DNA of 64,000 nucleotides from Mytilus californianus (Eukaryota): positions 90,458,001 to 90,522,000 of the forward strand of contig NW_026262712.1 in the NCBI RefSeq assembly GCF_021869535.1, in the 5' to 3' direction. The stretch's first letter is position 1, and each line of letters begins with the position of its first letter. The notes beneath the pieces were generated by a model that saw only the letters and a list, made by a program, of their open reading frames with translations, was not told where the DNA came from and searched no databases. Below are positions 14,077 to 27,400 of the stretch, in pieces. The position numbers and the translations under genes are program-made.

Positions 14077-14238
14077 CTAGTACACACTATTTTAAGGGGC
14101 CAGCTGAAGCCCGCTTTCAGGTGCGGGATTTTCTCGTTTTGTTCTAGTGAAGACCCATTGGTGGCCTTGGCTGTTTTCTGGTATTTGGTCGGGTTGTTTT
14201 CTCTTTGACACATTCCCCGTTTCCATTATCAATTTTAT
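14077..14238 (+). repeat. Interspersed repeat family R1, copy 1
   Basis: GGGGCCAGCTGAAGCCCGC..GTGCGGGATTTTCTCG..GAAGACCCATTGGTGGCCTT..GGTCGGGTTGTT.TCTCTTTGACACATTCCCC.TTTCCATT. Near-identical to 38880-39052 and 44458-44622; a partial reverse copy lies at ~56838-56900. This family explains several spurious ORFs (e.g. METGNVSKRxQPDQ). Confidence 0.85.
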
Positions 14239-14407
14239 GGTAAACAAAAATAATCGATAGTGTATTACCTGAATACCGGGAAAATGTAATATAAAGAATT
14301 GGACAGTGGAAACCTCTGACAAAGTTCTTGACATGCCTAGACAACTGTTATTAGGAAATCGTTTACTTTTATTTATTTCGTTTTTTTTTCTTCCAATTTT
14401 AATGTAG

Positions 14408-17400
14408 GCTTTAGCTGCAGGTTCTCTGTCATTTGCAAAAGTACATGCACATGATGTGGAAACTCTAGAGCAGACTGAGAAGTGTCTTGAGAAAGAAATC
14501 TGTAGAGAAAATAGGACACCTCCAAAAGGTTCGGTCGCAAAGTATGTAGCTTAAGTTTAGCTTTATGGTAAATTTCAACCTAAAAATATGCGGCAATCAA
14601 AAATGAACATGGTAGTAGTCTCTGTACAACAGTTAGCGAAGACACGAAACTAAAACAAATACAAAAAGCTTCTACAATGTTACGATGTAATTACATACAG
14701 ACTCAAGTAACAATGAATTATGTTCATCCTGCAATCAGCTAAAAATTGTGTGCACAAATAACAGGTAAACAAATAAATTCTCCTGTTATTCTACTTCTAT
14801 GTTGAGCGAACAGTACTGTAAAAATTCACGAATAATGTTCAATTATGGGGTACTTTTCGCTATTCGAGAAAAACTCATCCAAGATACTCGTCATAACTGA
14901 AGGAATTCATTGCATCAAAGGCAACTTTCGAGAATATAAAACTAAAAGCTAAAGCTTCAAGGTTAAATTGCAGAGCAAGACAATATGCTGTAATTTGTCG
15001 GAAAAATAAACGTATTTGTATTTGCTACCAAACAGGAGAAGACCTCGGCGAGCCCCTTTTCCTATTTCCAAAGCTCGCAAAAATACATCATATATTTTGC
15101 GACAATGTACATATATACATATATAGCAAAAATGATTATATTAATTGAAATTACAAACATTTACTTACTAAATGTAATGGAAAAGAAAGGACAGTGTGTA
15201 TCGATTCTGACACAAAACCACTCACGTCTTTAACTTATAGTAATCCTTGACTTTTTTCTCAGTGTTAAAGACCTTACTTTGACGTTGAGAAGACAGAAAA
15301 AAAGCACCGTTCATTTGCTTTGTGCTACGTCAAATGCGTGATGGGACTTACTGTCCGTATTTAATACATAATACCCCATTTGTTTTCTATTATATACAGA
15401 TTAATAAATAGCCTTTTTCCATATCGGTCCTGATATCACCCCGAGACCCCCATATCAGTCTGAGACGTTAGTCGAGGGCTAATATTGGTCGATGGATGAT
15501 ACCCGGGTCGATATGGAAATGTACATGTATCAATATTTTTATCATAAACTACCAATGGACGAACGAACCCAGGCTGATAACCCCATATCAGCCCGACCAC
15601 GTGACGTCACATAGGGTTGATATGGGTTATCAGCCTGGGTGTGAATGTGAATTCATGGCTAGTGTACTTCCGCTCGTTACACATATGCAAAAACTATCAT
15701 ATTAATGCTAAGTATATGATAAATATACATATATACGCAGAAAGAATATGAGGTGACCGTTCTTGAGACAAAAAGATTATAAAATAACAAGAAAGTCTTA
15801 TAACAAGTATATTTGCTAATAAGCAACTTGACAGTAACTGAAAAGTCTAAAACGTTAAAATGCACAGCTCATTTCAGACGGCTTAATTTGAAGCGAACTA
15901 AACGTTCATACTTACAGATAATCAAACAGCCTCACTTCGAGTCCGCTTTAGGCATGATAGGCGTACTTTTCTATATATTCGATATAGATGTTTAATTTCT
16001 TTAACAAACTGTGGGACAGTAACCAATTAGCTTCTAGTACTAGATTGATAAATTCATATGACAAGAAGTGGATAAGAATATAATTTTCTTGTTTGTAGGA
16101 TTAGACATCATGGCGAGAGATTTCTTCACAGTAAACAAGTACTAATGGTTGTAGTGATACTCAACATTATTGACTGTATACTGGTGATGGGAGAATTAAT
16201 TTTTGATATACATTACCTTGTTGGTATGTAAAAAAGATCATTGATCTCCATTAAACGCGACTTTTTTTCGTTCAAGGTGATTTGTCCTTTTTCAATTTTA
16301 AGTTTGTTTTGAATATCACTGATTTACCAGAAACCAACACATGACAATAAATTTGGTCACATATATTTCATAGATATCAAAGCCTTTTTCATTCGTGTCT
16401 AGTACGATGGATTTTAGCCTCTTTAATATACCCTTTAACACTATCTTTCCCGAATCCCTTCTGTCGTCTATAAATAACTTCTGCACAAATCGCCGGAATA
16501 TTGGAATCTATGACTATATGCTTTTTTTTCTAACTTGGAGCTATGTTCGAACCTGCCTAAACATGAGATATTTAGGTCTACGACCGTCCGGTTCGATTAT
16601 TCGATTTTCGACCATTTGCATTCTTAAAGTCGGTTGTAGTAAAGTGGAAGGGTTCAGGCTTTTTTATGCTTGGTATTAAATATTTTCAAATTTTTCAGAC
16701 CCGATCAGTCTGAATGAATATAAAAGAAAATTGCCCAAATGCTATCAAAATAAAAATATGAAAGAGAAAACAAAGTGTCACTTACAGGTCTGATGACCAT
16801 ATATCAAAATCACCTTGAATACTTGGTTGAATTCAGAACATAACTTTGATTATCATTTTGTACTATTTGTAGATGTTTTAGAGAAGTCAGAAAAAATATC
16901 AGACAGTTTTATGTACAAAATGGAAACCAAGTATCCAATTGATCTTGGAGGCATTGATGATATCTCAGATCTTTATGACAAAATCATGCATTCGACAATT
17001 CACTGGAATACGTCTGAAGCCAATCTGAAAACTGTGTATGACAATGAAAGAAACTTGACATACTTAACATTAACAGGCAACAACAGTAACAGCTTAAATA
17101 TTCGTCATAAACGAAGAACAGAGAAAGATAGCCAAAAAGCTTCAAACACAAAAAGACGCAAAAAACGAAACAAAGAGCATACAATCGAAGAAGATATTGC
17201 TCATGGCTTTCATAAAGCTAGCATTACAATACTGGCCATCCTTGTGGTAGAGGTACATTAGTTTAAGATAACATTATTTTACTGTGTTAAGTGTTTCATA
17301 CTCGGCTTTTTGATTTAAGAACTAAGTCTGTTTACACAATTTTAAAATAAATTTACAAAAACGAAAAGACCGCGATCCCAGTAGAAAAGTTTATTCTAAC

Positions 17401-20400
17401 ATATGAATTACAACTCATTTTGATAATGAAATTAATGTCTTATAAAAAAATATAGTTTGTATTAAGTTGACTTTTGATGCCTTACATTTATAACTTGTAC
17501 TCATTTTTTAAGAAGCATATTTTCAGACATGCATTTTTCAATACAAAAGGTATATCTGAATGGAAGATCGTAACTACATAAACTGAAAAGAAAGGAAAAC
17601 AAAAGGAATGACATGTGCATATCAATAAAAGAGCAATTATTTGTTTTTTCGCTAGATTGACAAAAATACACAATTTAAAAGACATCTATTTCACTTTGAA
17701 AACGAGTATTTACATCATAACTCATTAGGAGGGTAAATTCACGAATGGCCCAATATTTGTGTGGTTTCTTCGTTATGGAACTTATTGAAATTATGTACAC
17801 TTAGTATAAGTCAGCCAAACGCCATCTTTTGAAATTTCCCTATTTTTTAATCTATTACTCAAGCTAAGCTTCGTATTATGTCAATGAGTGCTTTGGTATT
17901 ACATTCAATAAAAAAGGACGTGACTGCTTATTTATACATCTCTCAAGCAACCAAAATGATCGTCCGAATGAAAGAAATTAAGGTAGCCATACATCTGTAC
18001 CTCAATACCCATCATATTACTTGTTCTAAGTATTTCATTATGGTGTCGAAAATACTGGATAGACAACTACTAATTGCAGAGGTCAAAGAACTTTCATTCG
18101 AAGGTGTTTAATGTCTTTTGGTTCTTACAATACAGCATATGATACAAGTTTGGTTGTATTTATTCATATAATCATTCATGAACAGAGCATAAAGTTTTAA
18201 TTGAAACTGTGCTATTTGCGCAGTCAAGTTGCATATACCGTATATTCATTTGTGATATTCAGTCAAAATTGTGTGTGGTCACTAAAATTACATGAATCAT
18301 AGTTGTATGAAACTCGTTTTTCTTTACACCTTCCTTAAATTTGCATGTGATGCAAGTCCAGAGTATCCGTTAATGTTCTAGGTTCTGAAAGAGTCATATT
18401 ACCCTAAACTTTTTAAAGTGTTTATTGTTCGTTTTTGTCTTTCCTTGTATGTCCATATTATTTTATTTTTTTGTATTTGTCCAATGGTTCATGATTTTTC
18501 TACAGAACAGTGGTTCGATATTTATTACAAATATTGTATTCATAATGAAATCCATTTACCTTTTATTTTAGACAGGGTTAAAGATGTTCTGCTTAGGAGC
18601 ACATATGTTGGAGAACAAGTTGGAGGTATTATTATATTATAGCATATTAATGAGTTAAAATGTATATAGAATTATTATTTACATTCCTTTAATCTAAATG
18701 CAAGGGTTAAGGGTAGTTTTAACAAATAATCTGACCATTGTCATTTAAGTATACTGTTTGACATCTGGAGAAAAAAATTTAAATCTACATCACAGAAAAA
18801 GGAAGAAAATATACCAAGGGGGATATTAAATCCACAAGTGAAAGAAAAACCTCACCAAAAGAAAAATGACGAAAAGACAGACAACAGTGCACAAATACTA
18901 CATACACAAAAAAGCGCGGAGTGAACTATGGTGCTAGGGAGTTAATTTTCTATTAATGGCACCCATCGTATTGCTCTTGACGACCCCATATGCAGGTTTG
19001 GCTAGAATGTTGATAACAGAAATGGAAAGTTTACAATCGGAAAGTTGAAATCATTTTTGTCATAAAGTTAAGTTCTCAAAAAACCTTCACATCGTCTGTT
19101 TTTAGATGTAAGTCGGGATATGAATCAGGCGTATATTTGTGGTTCCTATAAATTATTCTAAGTTCAAAGGGGTGGTTGCAATCTACATAGTCGCTAAACT
19201 TTGTTCAGATTGTTGTCTGCCATATTTGTTTTCATTCGTTGTTGTACTATTAATCAACCATTGGTTTTCTCTTCTGAATTGCTGGTTATATCCATGCATT
19301 GTATAGCTTACTTAACGTTTTTATTCATTGTCGAAGGCCATACGGTAAAATGTAATTGTTCACAGTTTTGACCTTTTGTCTATGAATATAGTTGTCTCAA
19401 TGGTAATTATACCACATCTTCCTATTTCTATATCAATTATTCAGTTAGAGGACATTATGCATATAGAGAAAAGTGAAGTTTTAGGATAAAGCTAGTTACA
19501 TTTCATTCTTAAAGGGAAGCTCCTGTATGAAGTCCGTCTTATATGAATAAAAGAACAAATCGTCAAGAGGAGTAGCAGGTTTGTCATACGAATGATGTAA
19601 TGTTGAAAAACACGCCCACCAAACATAACAAAACAATGTTTTCAATAAAAAAATTAAGGACACTTTTTGTTATAAATCATTACAAAAATTATAGTCTTAT
19701 ATATTTATGTGCAATTAGTTAATCTAAATTTCGTAGGATGAATCTGCCTATATTTTCAATATGTGCATTTAATATAATATCCCCATTTTGACATATTTTT
19801 GTCTTATTTTACATTTAACTAAACATGGTACAGGATGTCTATAGCAAAAAATACTATATTATTTAGTTTTAGTATGTGACAAGGATTGAATAATCGGAAG
19901 TTAATTTTAGTATACCATCTTTTAAACTATTGCAGATTAAAAAAGGTGATGAACATTTTCTTTTGTGATAAAATAAGTTCAACATTGTTTTGTTACTTCT
20001 TTTTTATTAACAGGTGTTTGATGGTTTCATAGTTTTTGCATCGTTCATCCTGGACATTGCATTCATCAAAGGAATAACGATGTACTCAATACAAGAGTTT
20101 GTCTTCATATTGGCATTTTTAGTCCCATGGAGAGTTTTGAGAGTTGTTAATAGTAAGTAGAATTGGAAATTAGATTATATTTTGAAAATATTTTATCAAT
20201 AGTATGTTTATGTTATCACACTGGTTAGAACCATCCTTTATGAAATAAATATGAAGGTTGTGTCCTTCTAATTTATTGACGGAAATGTGGACCAAATGAC
20301 ATACTCAAAATAACGAAAGATGACAACCTGTAGTTTAACATACAGATATACACGATAAATACACACCTATACTATATGAAAATTTCTAGATCACCCAAAT

Positions 20401-23400
20401 ATTAACAAATTGCTACTTTATACAAAAAAATATTAGTATGCCATGGTGCAGTCGAAAAAAATGTCAAAGATAGCAGAATTACAACATGTCAGACGCACGT
20501 TTCATCTACACGAATAGCACCAGGGGCGCTCGATTTGAAGTTGAACAGTTTGAAGGCCAAATTAATACCGAAAAAAAAAAAAAACAGATCACACCATGGG
20601 CCAAACAAGAAATTGTGGAATGACAATCACAACCAATTAAGCAACGCAAATTTCGGAGACCGGGTAGACTGATCTGGAAGGATAAATACAGGCAACAGTA
20701 GTATACCGCTGTTCGAAACTCATAAATCGATAGAGATAAAAACAAATCCGGGTTACAAACTAAAACTGAGGGAAACGCATCAAATATTAGAGGAGAACAA
20801 CGACACAACAAAAACACAACATTAAAATGTAACACACACAGAAACGAACTATAATATAACAATGGCCATTTTCCTGACTTAGGACAGGACATTTTAAGAA
20901 AAAAATAGTGGGTTGAACCTGGGTTTGTGGCATGCCAAACCTCCAGTTTTAATGGCAACGTCTAACTCAGCACCAAAACGACAACATCACATAAACAGTT
21001 CATTTTCTATTAGTGCTATCCGTCGTGTTGATAACACAAGTAAATTCTAGTAGTATGTCGAATTCGTTGGATATTATCATTAGATTATGTCTACAAGAAA
21101 TGAAACATTTCTGCTGTTATATATTACATAAATGTTCTATAACTTGCAATAAAAAAAAGTCGTGCTGGTGTTTTATTTGTTCATTCGATTAAAAACTGAT
21201 AAGGTCTACCCGTTTATGAGATAGGCAATCAACTGAAAAAAAAAATTAACAAAAAGACTCCGAGAGGTCAACACACAGTTTTTAACAAAAGACAGGTATC
21301 TATGCGATATGTGAAGCTCTGAATCGTCCATTACTTTTGAAAGTTGTAAATTAATTAAACAGAACGATCAAAGATCTGCCATGGACACCCTATTATCCAA
21401 AAAAGGACAAACATTACGATATGACGTACGACAACTACTGACGAGGTCATGTACATTTTGAGGACAATCAGTTTTCAATCAAACTAATCATAAGTAACTT
21501 TTACAACTCGTGCTTTAACATGGAATCCAACAGTTCCAGTAATCGGCGTTTGTGTGGCAATTTACGTGTTCCTTAATCTCATGGTGAAATGCCAACGAGA
21601 CAATCTTATCTATCAATATCAACATTCATGTATTATGAAGTTATCTAAATTACTTAGATTTGTCTTTTCTCAGGCCTCATTGTAGCAATCATTGATCACG
21701 AACATTTCCGAATGAAGCTTTTATATAAACAAAAGAAACAAATATCAATACAGATGAAAGACGCCAAAAAGGAATTAAAGTTATATGAGGTATGGTTTAA
21801 TAAACACGTACTAATAAAATAATTACGCCTTTAAGATATGTTCTAATAGTGTCCATTTATGCATGCTAGTTTATTGATATGTCTACAAACGATCATCATG
21901 AGATCACTTGTCGATTGACTGTCAATATTCCTGTCTTGGTACATGTTTCCAATGACAGGAGAGTTGGAATTGACACTAACTTGACAAACTACGACAGACA
22001 ACCTACTTGTATAACAGTGATTTCATTTTTAATTGTGTATTTTTTTGCTTAAAATTTATCTGTAATTCTTTGAGAAGATTTTCGATGTTTCTTGAAGCAA
22101 GCATAGACAATTTTTATTTTGGTTGAATGAAATCATATAGAGGAAATTATTTATCTGGGACAACAGATACATGAGAATATGAGATTTGAACATTGGTAAA
22201 ATGCTCTTTGACTATTACATCAGTTTGTTCTAGGGATGTGGTCTAGCTTGACTAAAGTGATGAAAAACACATAATATTTGCATCTTGTGTAGACAAATTG
22301 GTACCGTGAATGACGATATACAAAGCACAAGTAAATTTGAATTCAGTTTTTCAGATGATTGATTCATATATACTGTGTATATGAAAATAAGGAGATGTGA
22401 TTTGATTGCAAATAGCACAATTATCCACCAAAGACCAAATGAAACAAATATCAAGAACAGCGAGTAACCGCACGGCTTTCAATATTTCATCAGAACTCAA
22501 AAATATAGTAAGCTTTTGCAGACCAATGGATAACAAAATGTGAAACAATTCAAAAGAGAAACCAATGGCCTTGTTTAATCTAATAACATTATCAGAAAAA
22601 CAATTTTGTAAAAAAATCTGTTAATTTGTTAATGTAAGATTACAGTTATATGATTAGAAATTGCTTTATTTTTTAAGAAAAGCTTGCAGTCTGTTGAACA
22701 ATTATGTCTATGTGCTGGGATACCAGATTATAAAGTCAAGAACTGTTCAGGTTTGTAAAATTTAAAACAGTTCCGTAGTTTTTCTCTGTTCATTAAATTG
22801 TTGAAATAATTTGAAACAATACGGTTTTTGTTCAATGGCATATATAGCCTTAGCCAGATTTGGCAGAACCCTTTTGAACTTTTAGATTTCAATGCTCTTC
22901 AATTTCGTTATTGATTAGGCCCTTTAACTGTTTCGAGTGCCACTAAGGGTTTTATATAGACCGATATGTAGTCGTACTAATATGACTAAGGCTGACATGC
23001 TGACATAATTTTTCTGATTCATTATTAAAATCCATATTCAAATGTCTGTTTAAACCACATCGACATATTTGTTTTTTAATTGGTATAATAGAATGCTTGG
23101 CCTATCCGTTACCAGACAATGATAAAGTATTCTATTGGCATAAACAGTTTTCTTAATAATCAAAAGGAGATATACTCTATCTAATCATTTCAGTCACTTT
23201 ATTTCTAAATTACATCGCTTATGAAATTTAGCGTAATGTAATCATTTTATGATTTAACTGCAAAATGTTCATTATCATGATTATATACAAAACAATTGAA
23301 ACAAAACTGAACCCCTTTATAATTTACGATTGCGTTCAAAGCATTGATTTCCTAAAAATGTAAAGATTAAAACTAGTGTTTAAGGGCAAAACAAATATTT

Positions 23401-23779
23401 TTTCATATATTTTCTTTTATTTTGTCATTTACATATTTCACTTCACTTAACATTTACAATTGGAAATGGGACACTTGTCAATATTGTATTTATTTTGAAT
23501 GGTTCAATTCATATAAACCCGTTAGGAAATATCTTGAACAAAAAATGTTAAGATAATATTTGTGTATTGAAAATGTATACATATGTGTTTTTAGCTCATC
23601 TCAAGAGCAGAAAAAAGAAAGTTATAGGATCATGTGGGTCTTTACAACGGATTGTTACTTTCGAAGCTGAAGAACGTACACCTATGGTTAAAGATTATGA
23701 AAATAAAGATGACAATAGTGATACCTTTCAGTTGGAATCTAGTACAGCTAACAGTTTAGACGATGTATATAGACCTTGA
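14408..23779 (+). CDS. Voltage-gated proton channel (Hv/HVCN1-TMEM266 family, mollusc long-S1-S2-loop type); join(14408..14541,16099..16223,16873..17252,18572..18625,20014..20152,21674..21789,22678..22750,23595..23779); start exon not located
   Basis: All eight exons are AG/GT-bounded with consistent phases and give ~400 aa. S1 VLMVVVILNIIDCILVMGELIFD (selectivity-filter Asp position present); S2 IAHGFHKASITILAILVVE|TGLKMF; S3 VFDGFIVFASFILDIAF; S4 FVFILAFLVPWRVLRVVNSLIV; then a coiled-coil-like RMKLLYKQKKQISIQMKDAKKELKLYEKSLQSVEQL. Confidence 0.9.
15568..15639. repeat. Hairpin (~26-bp arms) within a larger repeat remnant (~15425-15660) in an Hv intron
   Basis: CCCAGGCTGATAACCCCATATCAGCCC .. 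GGGTTGATATGGGTTATCAGCCTGGG flanking the loop GACCACGTGACGTCACATA. Confidence 0.75.
20670..20960 (-). repeat. Interspersed repeat family R4
   Basis: Reverse-complement homolog of 41375-41672 (GGTTTGGC..CCA..AAACC..GTTCAACCCAC..CCTAAGTCAGGAA..AATCCGGGTTACAAAC..CGGTATA.TACTGTTGCC). Confidence 0.75.
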
Positions 23780-24450
23780 TATGTGACAATATTAATATTC
23801 TACCACATGACTGCGTAAAAGTATAAGTTCACACCATAGTAACTCGAAATACAGATACTTCATAGGAATATGTTAGCATAGAATGTTTGCACTTTTTTCA
23901 TAAATGCAAGCTGTGTTACTATGAATTCATCAAACATGTTATGATTCCTTCAAAACGGTCAAAGTGGGATAGAAATCCAGGGAAAATTTGCTATCTTTTT
24001 TAATTTGATATAAAATTAAACGTCTATTTCACAAATGCTGTGTCAAACAAGTAAACATTTTCTTTGTCGTCTTATTTTTTACAGAAAGTTTGACACATAA
24101 ATGTGTTTCTATCTTTTTGTATAATACATAGTTGTACGATATAGTATTTATTCACAATTTATTGTCTGTTTGAGTAAAATACAATATAAGGTGGTGGTTG
24201 TTGTTTTTTAATATCTTATGAGTGATGTATAGCAAAAAAATGAGTTAAGCTTACATTTAACTACAATAGCATCAAAATGTACACGAAAGTTTTTATCTAT
24301 ATTGAAAATTGAATTTAAATATTGCAAATAGAATGTTTATACTGCCTTTGATTGTTTGAAGCTGTTTAACCATTCCAAATTGAATCATCGGTTGTGTGCC
24401 TTCGAGAGTGTTGACGACAGCACATCAAACTTTGATACATTTGTTAATGA

Positions 24451-27400
24451 TTAAATATTTTCGTCGAATCCAATCCGTCCAAAATTCAAGGCAATGCCAA
24501 AGGAACTATAAAATTCCAATATAGTTTTGTTACCTAGTGGTATAAGAAGTTTTTGAATGCAAGTTACTGCTTCTGGTAGCTTAGATTTTTTATGTGTCTT
24601 GTTAAAATCCACTTCCATAGAAAAGTCGTAAGTTGGCACGTCATCCAGACCAGTTATGAACTGAAACAACCTTGATGCTTCCTTGTCTGTAAATTAAGAA
24701 TTACGATTATAATACGATTTAAAAAAATACCATTATTTTTAACGATGTAAAAATGAAGGGATGTTGGGTGTCTGCCAGTGAGACAATTTTCCACCAGGGA
24801 ACAAATGACAAAGATAGAGCATGAAATTTTAATAATTTTGCAATTTCAGAGGCCAAATAATATATCTTCTCTTATCTGAATATATTTATTGAACCACCTT
24901 ACTTGTCCTGTGGAAATTTAAGTTGTTAAACCCGCCCCCTTTCCTTATTAACATTTTGCAGATCAATTGACTTGGAGAACTTTTATTCAATCAAAGACAT
25001 TATTTTGCTAACTTTTTAAGAACACTTCATTAGTTTTCACGTGTGTGCATGTCGTGATCATCACATAATACTTAACCTCTCGTAGGACTTAAACTCACCC
25101 TTTTTCGGTTGGTAAATATTTTGTATTTTTTTTCTTTGTTTGTTTGTCTTTTGTTGTCTGTTGTTTATCTTTTATCCCCATTTTGCATATTGTTGTCAGT
25201 CCTTATTCGACTTAAAATTCTTGATTGGCCATTTTTGGATTCTTAAAAGAGAGGTAAAAAATACCAATGGGACATTCAAACTCATAAGTCGAAAATAAAC
25301 TGACAACGCCATGGCAAAAAAAGAAAAAGACCAAAAGACAAACAACTGTCAACAAAACACCACATAAATTAAATACTAATGCTGGGAATTTGATTATTCT
25401 TAGCATAAATAATGTTCAATATACCCTCTAGATCATCGAGGCACTTCAAGGTAAACTTCTTTGCTTTTTCTTCATCTGCGTTTCCTGTTTCTAACACATG
25501 CACTTGAGGTGTCAATTTTTCTTTGATGAACTGAGCAGTTGTAACACGTTTGCTCCGAACAAGAAGCAAATGTTCAAATTCAGGTAGTTGTTTAACTTTG
25601 TCTAGAAACTGGAGACAGTTAAGACCAAGTCTGATTTCGTTTAACGATGTAGATCTTTTGTCCACGAGGTCCCACTGCAGCAGTGTTTGTACATAGTATA
25701 ACCTGTTGTCGAGCTGAATTAAAAAGAGAATCTTGTATATTAAAGTCACGTGAGCGCCATATTCAATACAAGAATGACTTGTTTGTAGCAGATCTTTTAA
25801 TCATTAAAATTTCTCTTGATTAAAGTTTTGAATGTAAAGGACTAAGAATGGTTCTTCTTCAATGATTCACTTATTTTGGAAATTAAAAAATTAAATTGCA
25901 ACTGTCTTGAAAAATGTTGGAATACCAAGACATATTAATGCCTTCAAAATGGCTACTCTATACATGTTGATGTGGACATTCATGAAAAATTGGGGTCTGA
26001 TAGATACATTACAGGTAGAGGCAGAAAAGGCTTCTTTTCTAGGTACTTTTGATGGCGTGTTGTCTCGACACGACAGAAAGATGAGTAAGCATGCCTTTTG
26101 CAAATGTACTTCAAACTTGTACTACAAATCTAGAACTGTAAGTTCTGTAGCAGTAAAATAATATTACAGGTTGCACTTTGTAAATACAGCAGTTTCTCTA
26201 ACCACGCCTTTTTTGGGGAGATATTTAATATTCATAGATATGTTTTTGTTTACCTACTGGTTCCCAGATATGATCTCTATGTTTCATCTCATAGAGACAC
26301 AACTTGGGAATTTTAGCAGTATAAATACTCATGGATGGCGGCCAAATTGATTTCTGAGGAAGACCTACAGTGAAGGGAGGGTTGTACAGAATTTTAGTAT
26401 AAGTTTTAACTTTTCGAAGTTCGAGGCATATAAATATTGAAAATATGCCGCACAGCCCTTTGTTTTTACCTTTGAAAAAAAAAGTAGTGCATATGAACTT
26501 TCCATTCTAGGATATAATTTTCTACGAAACTTCCTAGTAAAAATGGCACAATTTTTGACGTAAAAGGAGTTCCTATGGGAAATTGCGTTGTCAACATTTA
26601 CAGACAGTATTTAAGCAGTTGTATATTATTTATGTGAACTACCTGTAAAATAATTTTACTAAAATGAACATATGCAAAAACAGTGTAAAATACATTTGAA
26701 TCTTAATTCCGTTTGCTTTTAGTGTTATGATACCTTTACCAATACGTATAGTGACCATGTCTGTACAAGACCATCCACAGTTGTCCATAAATCTCTCTGT
26801 ATCTTCTCCGATTGTTCTGTTTAACTCTTCCTGGGAGTCAGCAGCATTAATCTGTTTTTACAATTTTGATAAATATTATAACATTAATAAGATTTCAAAT
26901 ACTCATTTTTTCAGTTTATTTACTTGTTAAATCATATTAAAAAAAAAAGAATGAATAACATGATTTTTTTTCAGAGATTTGATTGTTAAAGCACACTTAT
27001 TACAAAATATATACAATTTAGTACAAATAGCAACAGATAAAAATTCAAACAAATTCATCACATACATGTTCTTAAGTTTGACCTGATCTATACTCAGTAT
27101 GGCATTGAAATAAAGTTTTGTAATGACACAATAAAGGAAAAATTGGTTTAATGGCATCAACATTTTATCAAAAAAAATAAATGAATAACAGCTCCTGGGA
27201 ACAAAAAAATTACCAAGATGTTTTATCAACAAATTATTCAGTGGCCTTATTATATTAATGAAACTAAAGATTTGTTGAAAGGCTCACATATAAAGTAGCT
27301 AGAAATAACGCTGAGCATTCTTTATAAATCGAAATTTATAACAATTGGGCCAAATCAGTCTGTCATTTAGGTGGCTTGTGTGTTGTCTTTTTTTTCATAA

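Noticed and set aside
13897-14344. Several overlapping ORFs (also 38865-39099, 44479-44841, 54123-54571, 20506-20958)
   Set aside because: They fall on interspersed repeats R1, R2 and R4, and the same pseudo-peptides recur with each copy.
16699-16787. Open, AG/GT-bounded segment (DPISLNEYKRKLPKCYQ..) between Hv exons
   Set aside because: Phase 1 in, phase 0 out, so inclusion would frameshift. Exon 16099-16223 already splices in frame to 16873.
23780-24450. Antisense overlap between the convergent Hv gene and gene A
   Set aside because: Candidate poly(A) signals (ATTAAA on plus at 24015-24020; AATAAA on minus at 24147-24152 and 24158-24163) would end both transcripts without overlap. There is no positive evidence for overlap.
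26742-26749. Possibility that gene A's AT donor marks a U12 AT-AC intron
   Set aside because: ATACGTAT does not match the U12 donor ATATCCTT, the acceptor is AG, and all three paralogs use GT here.
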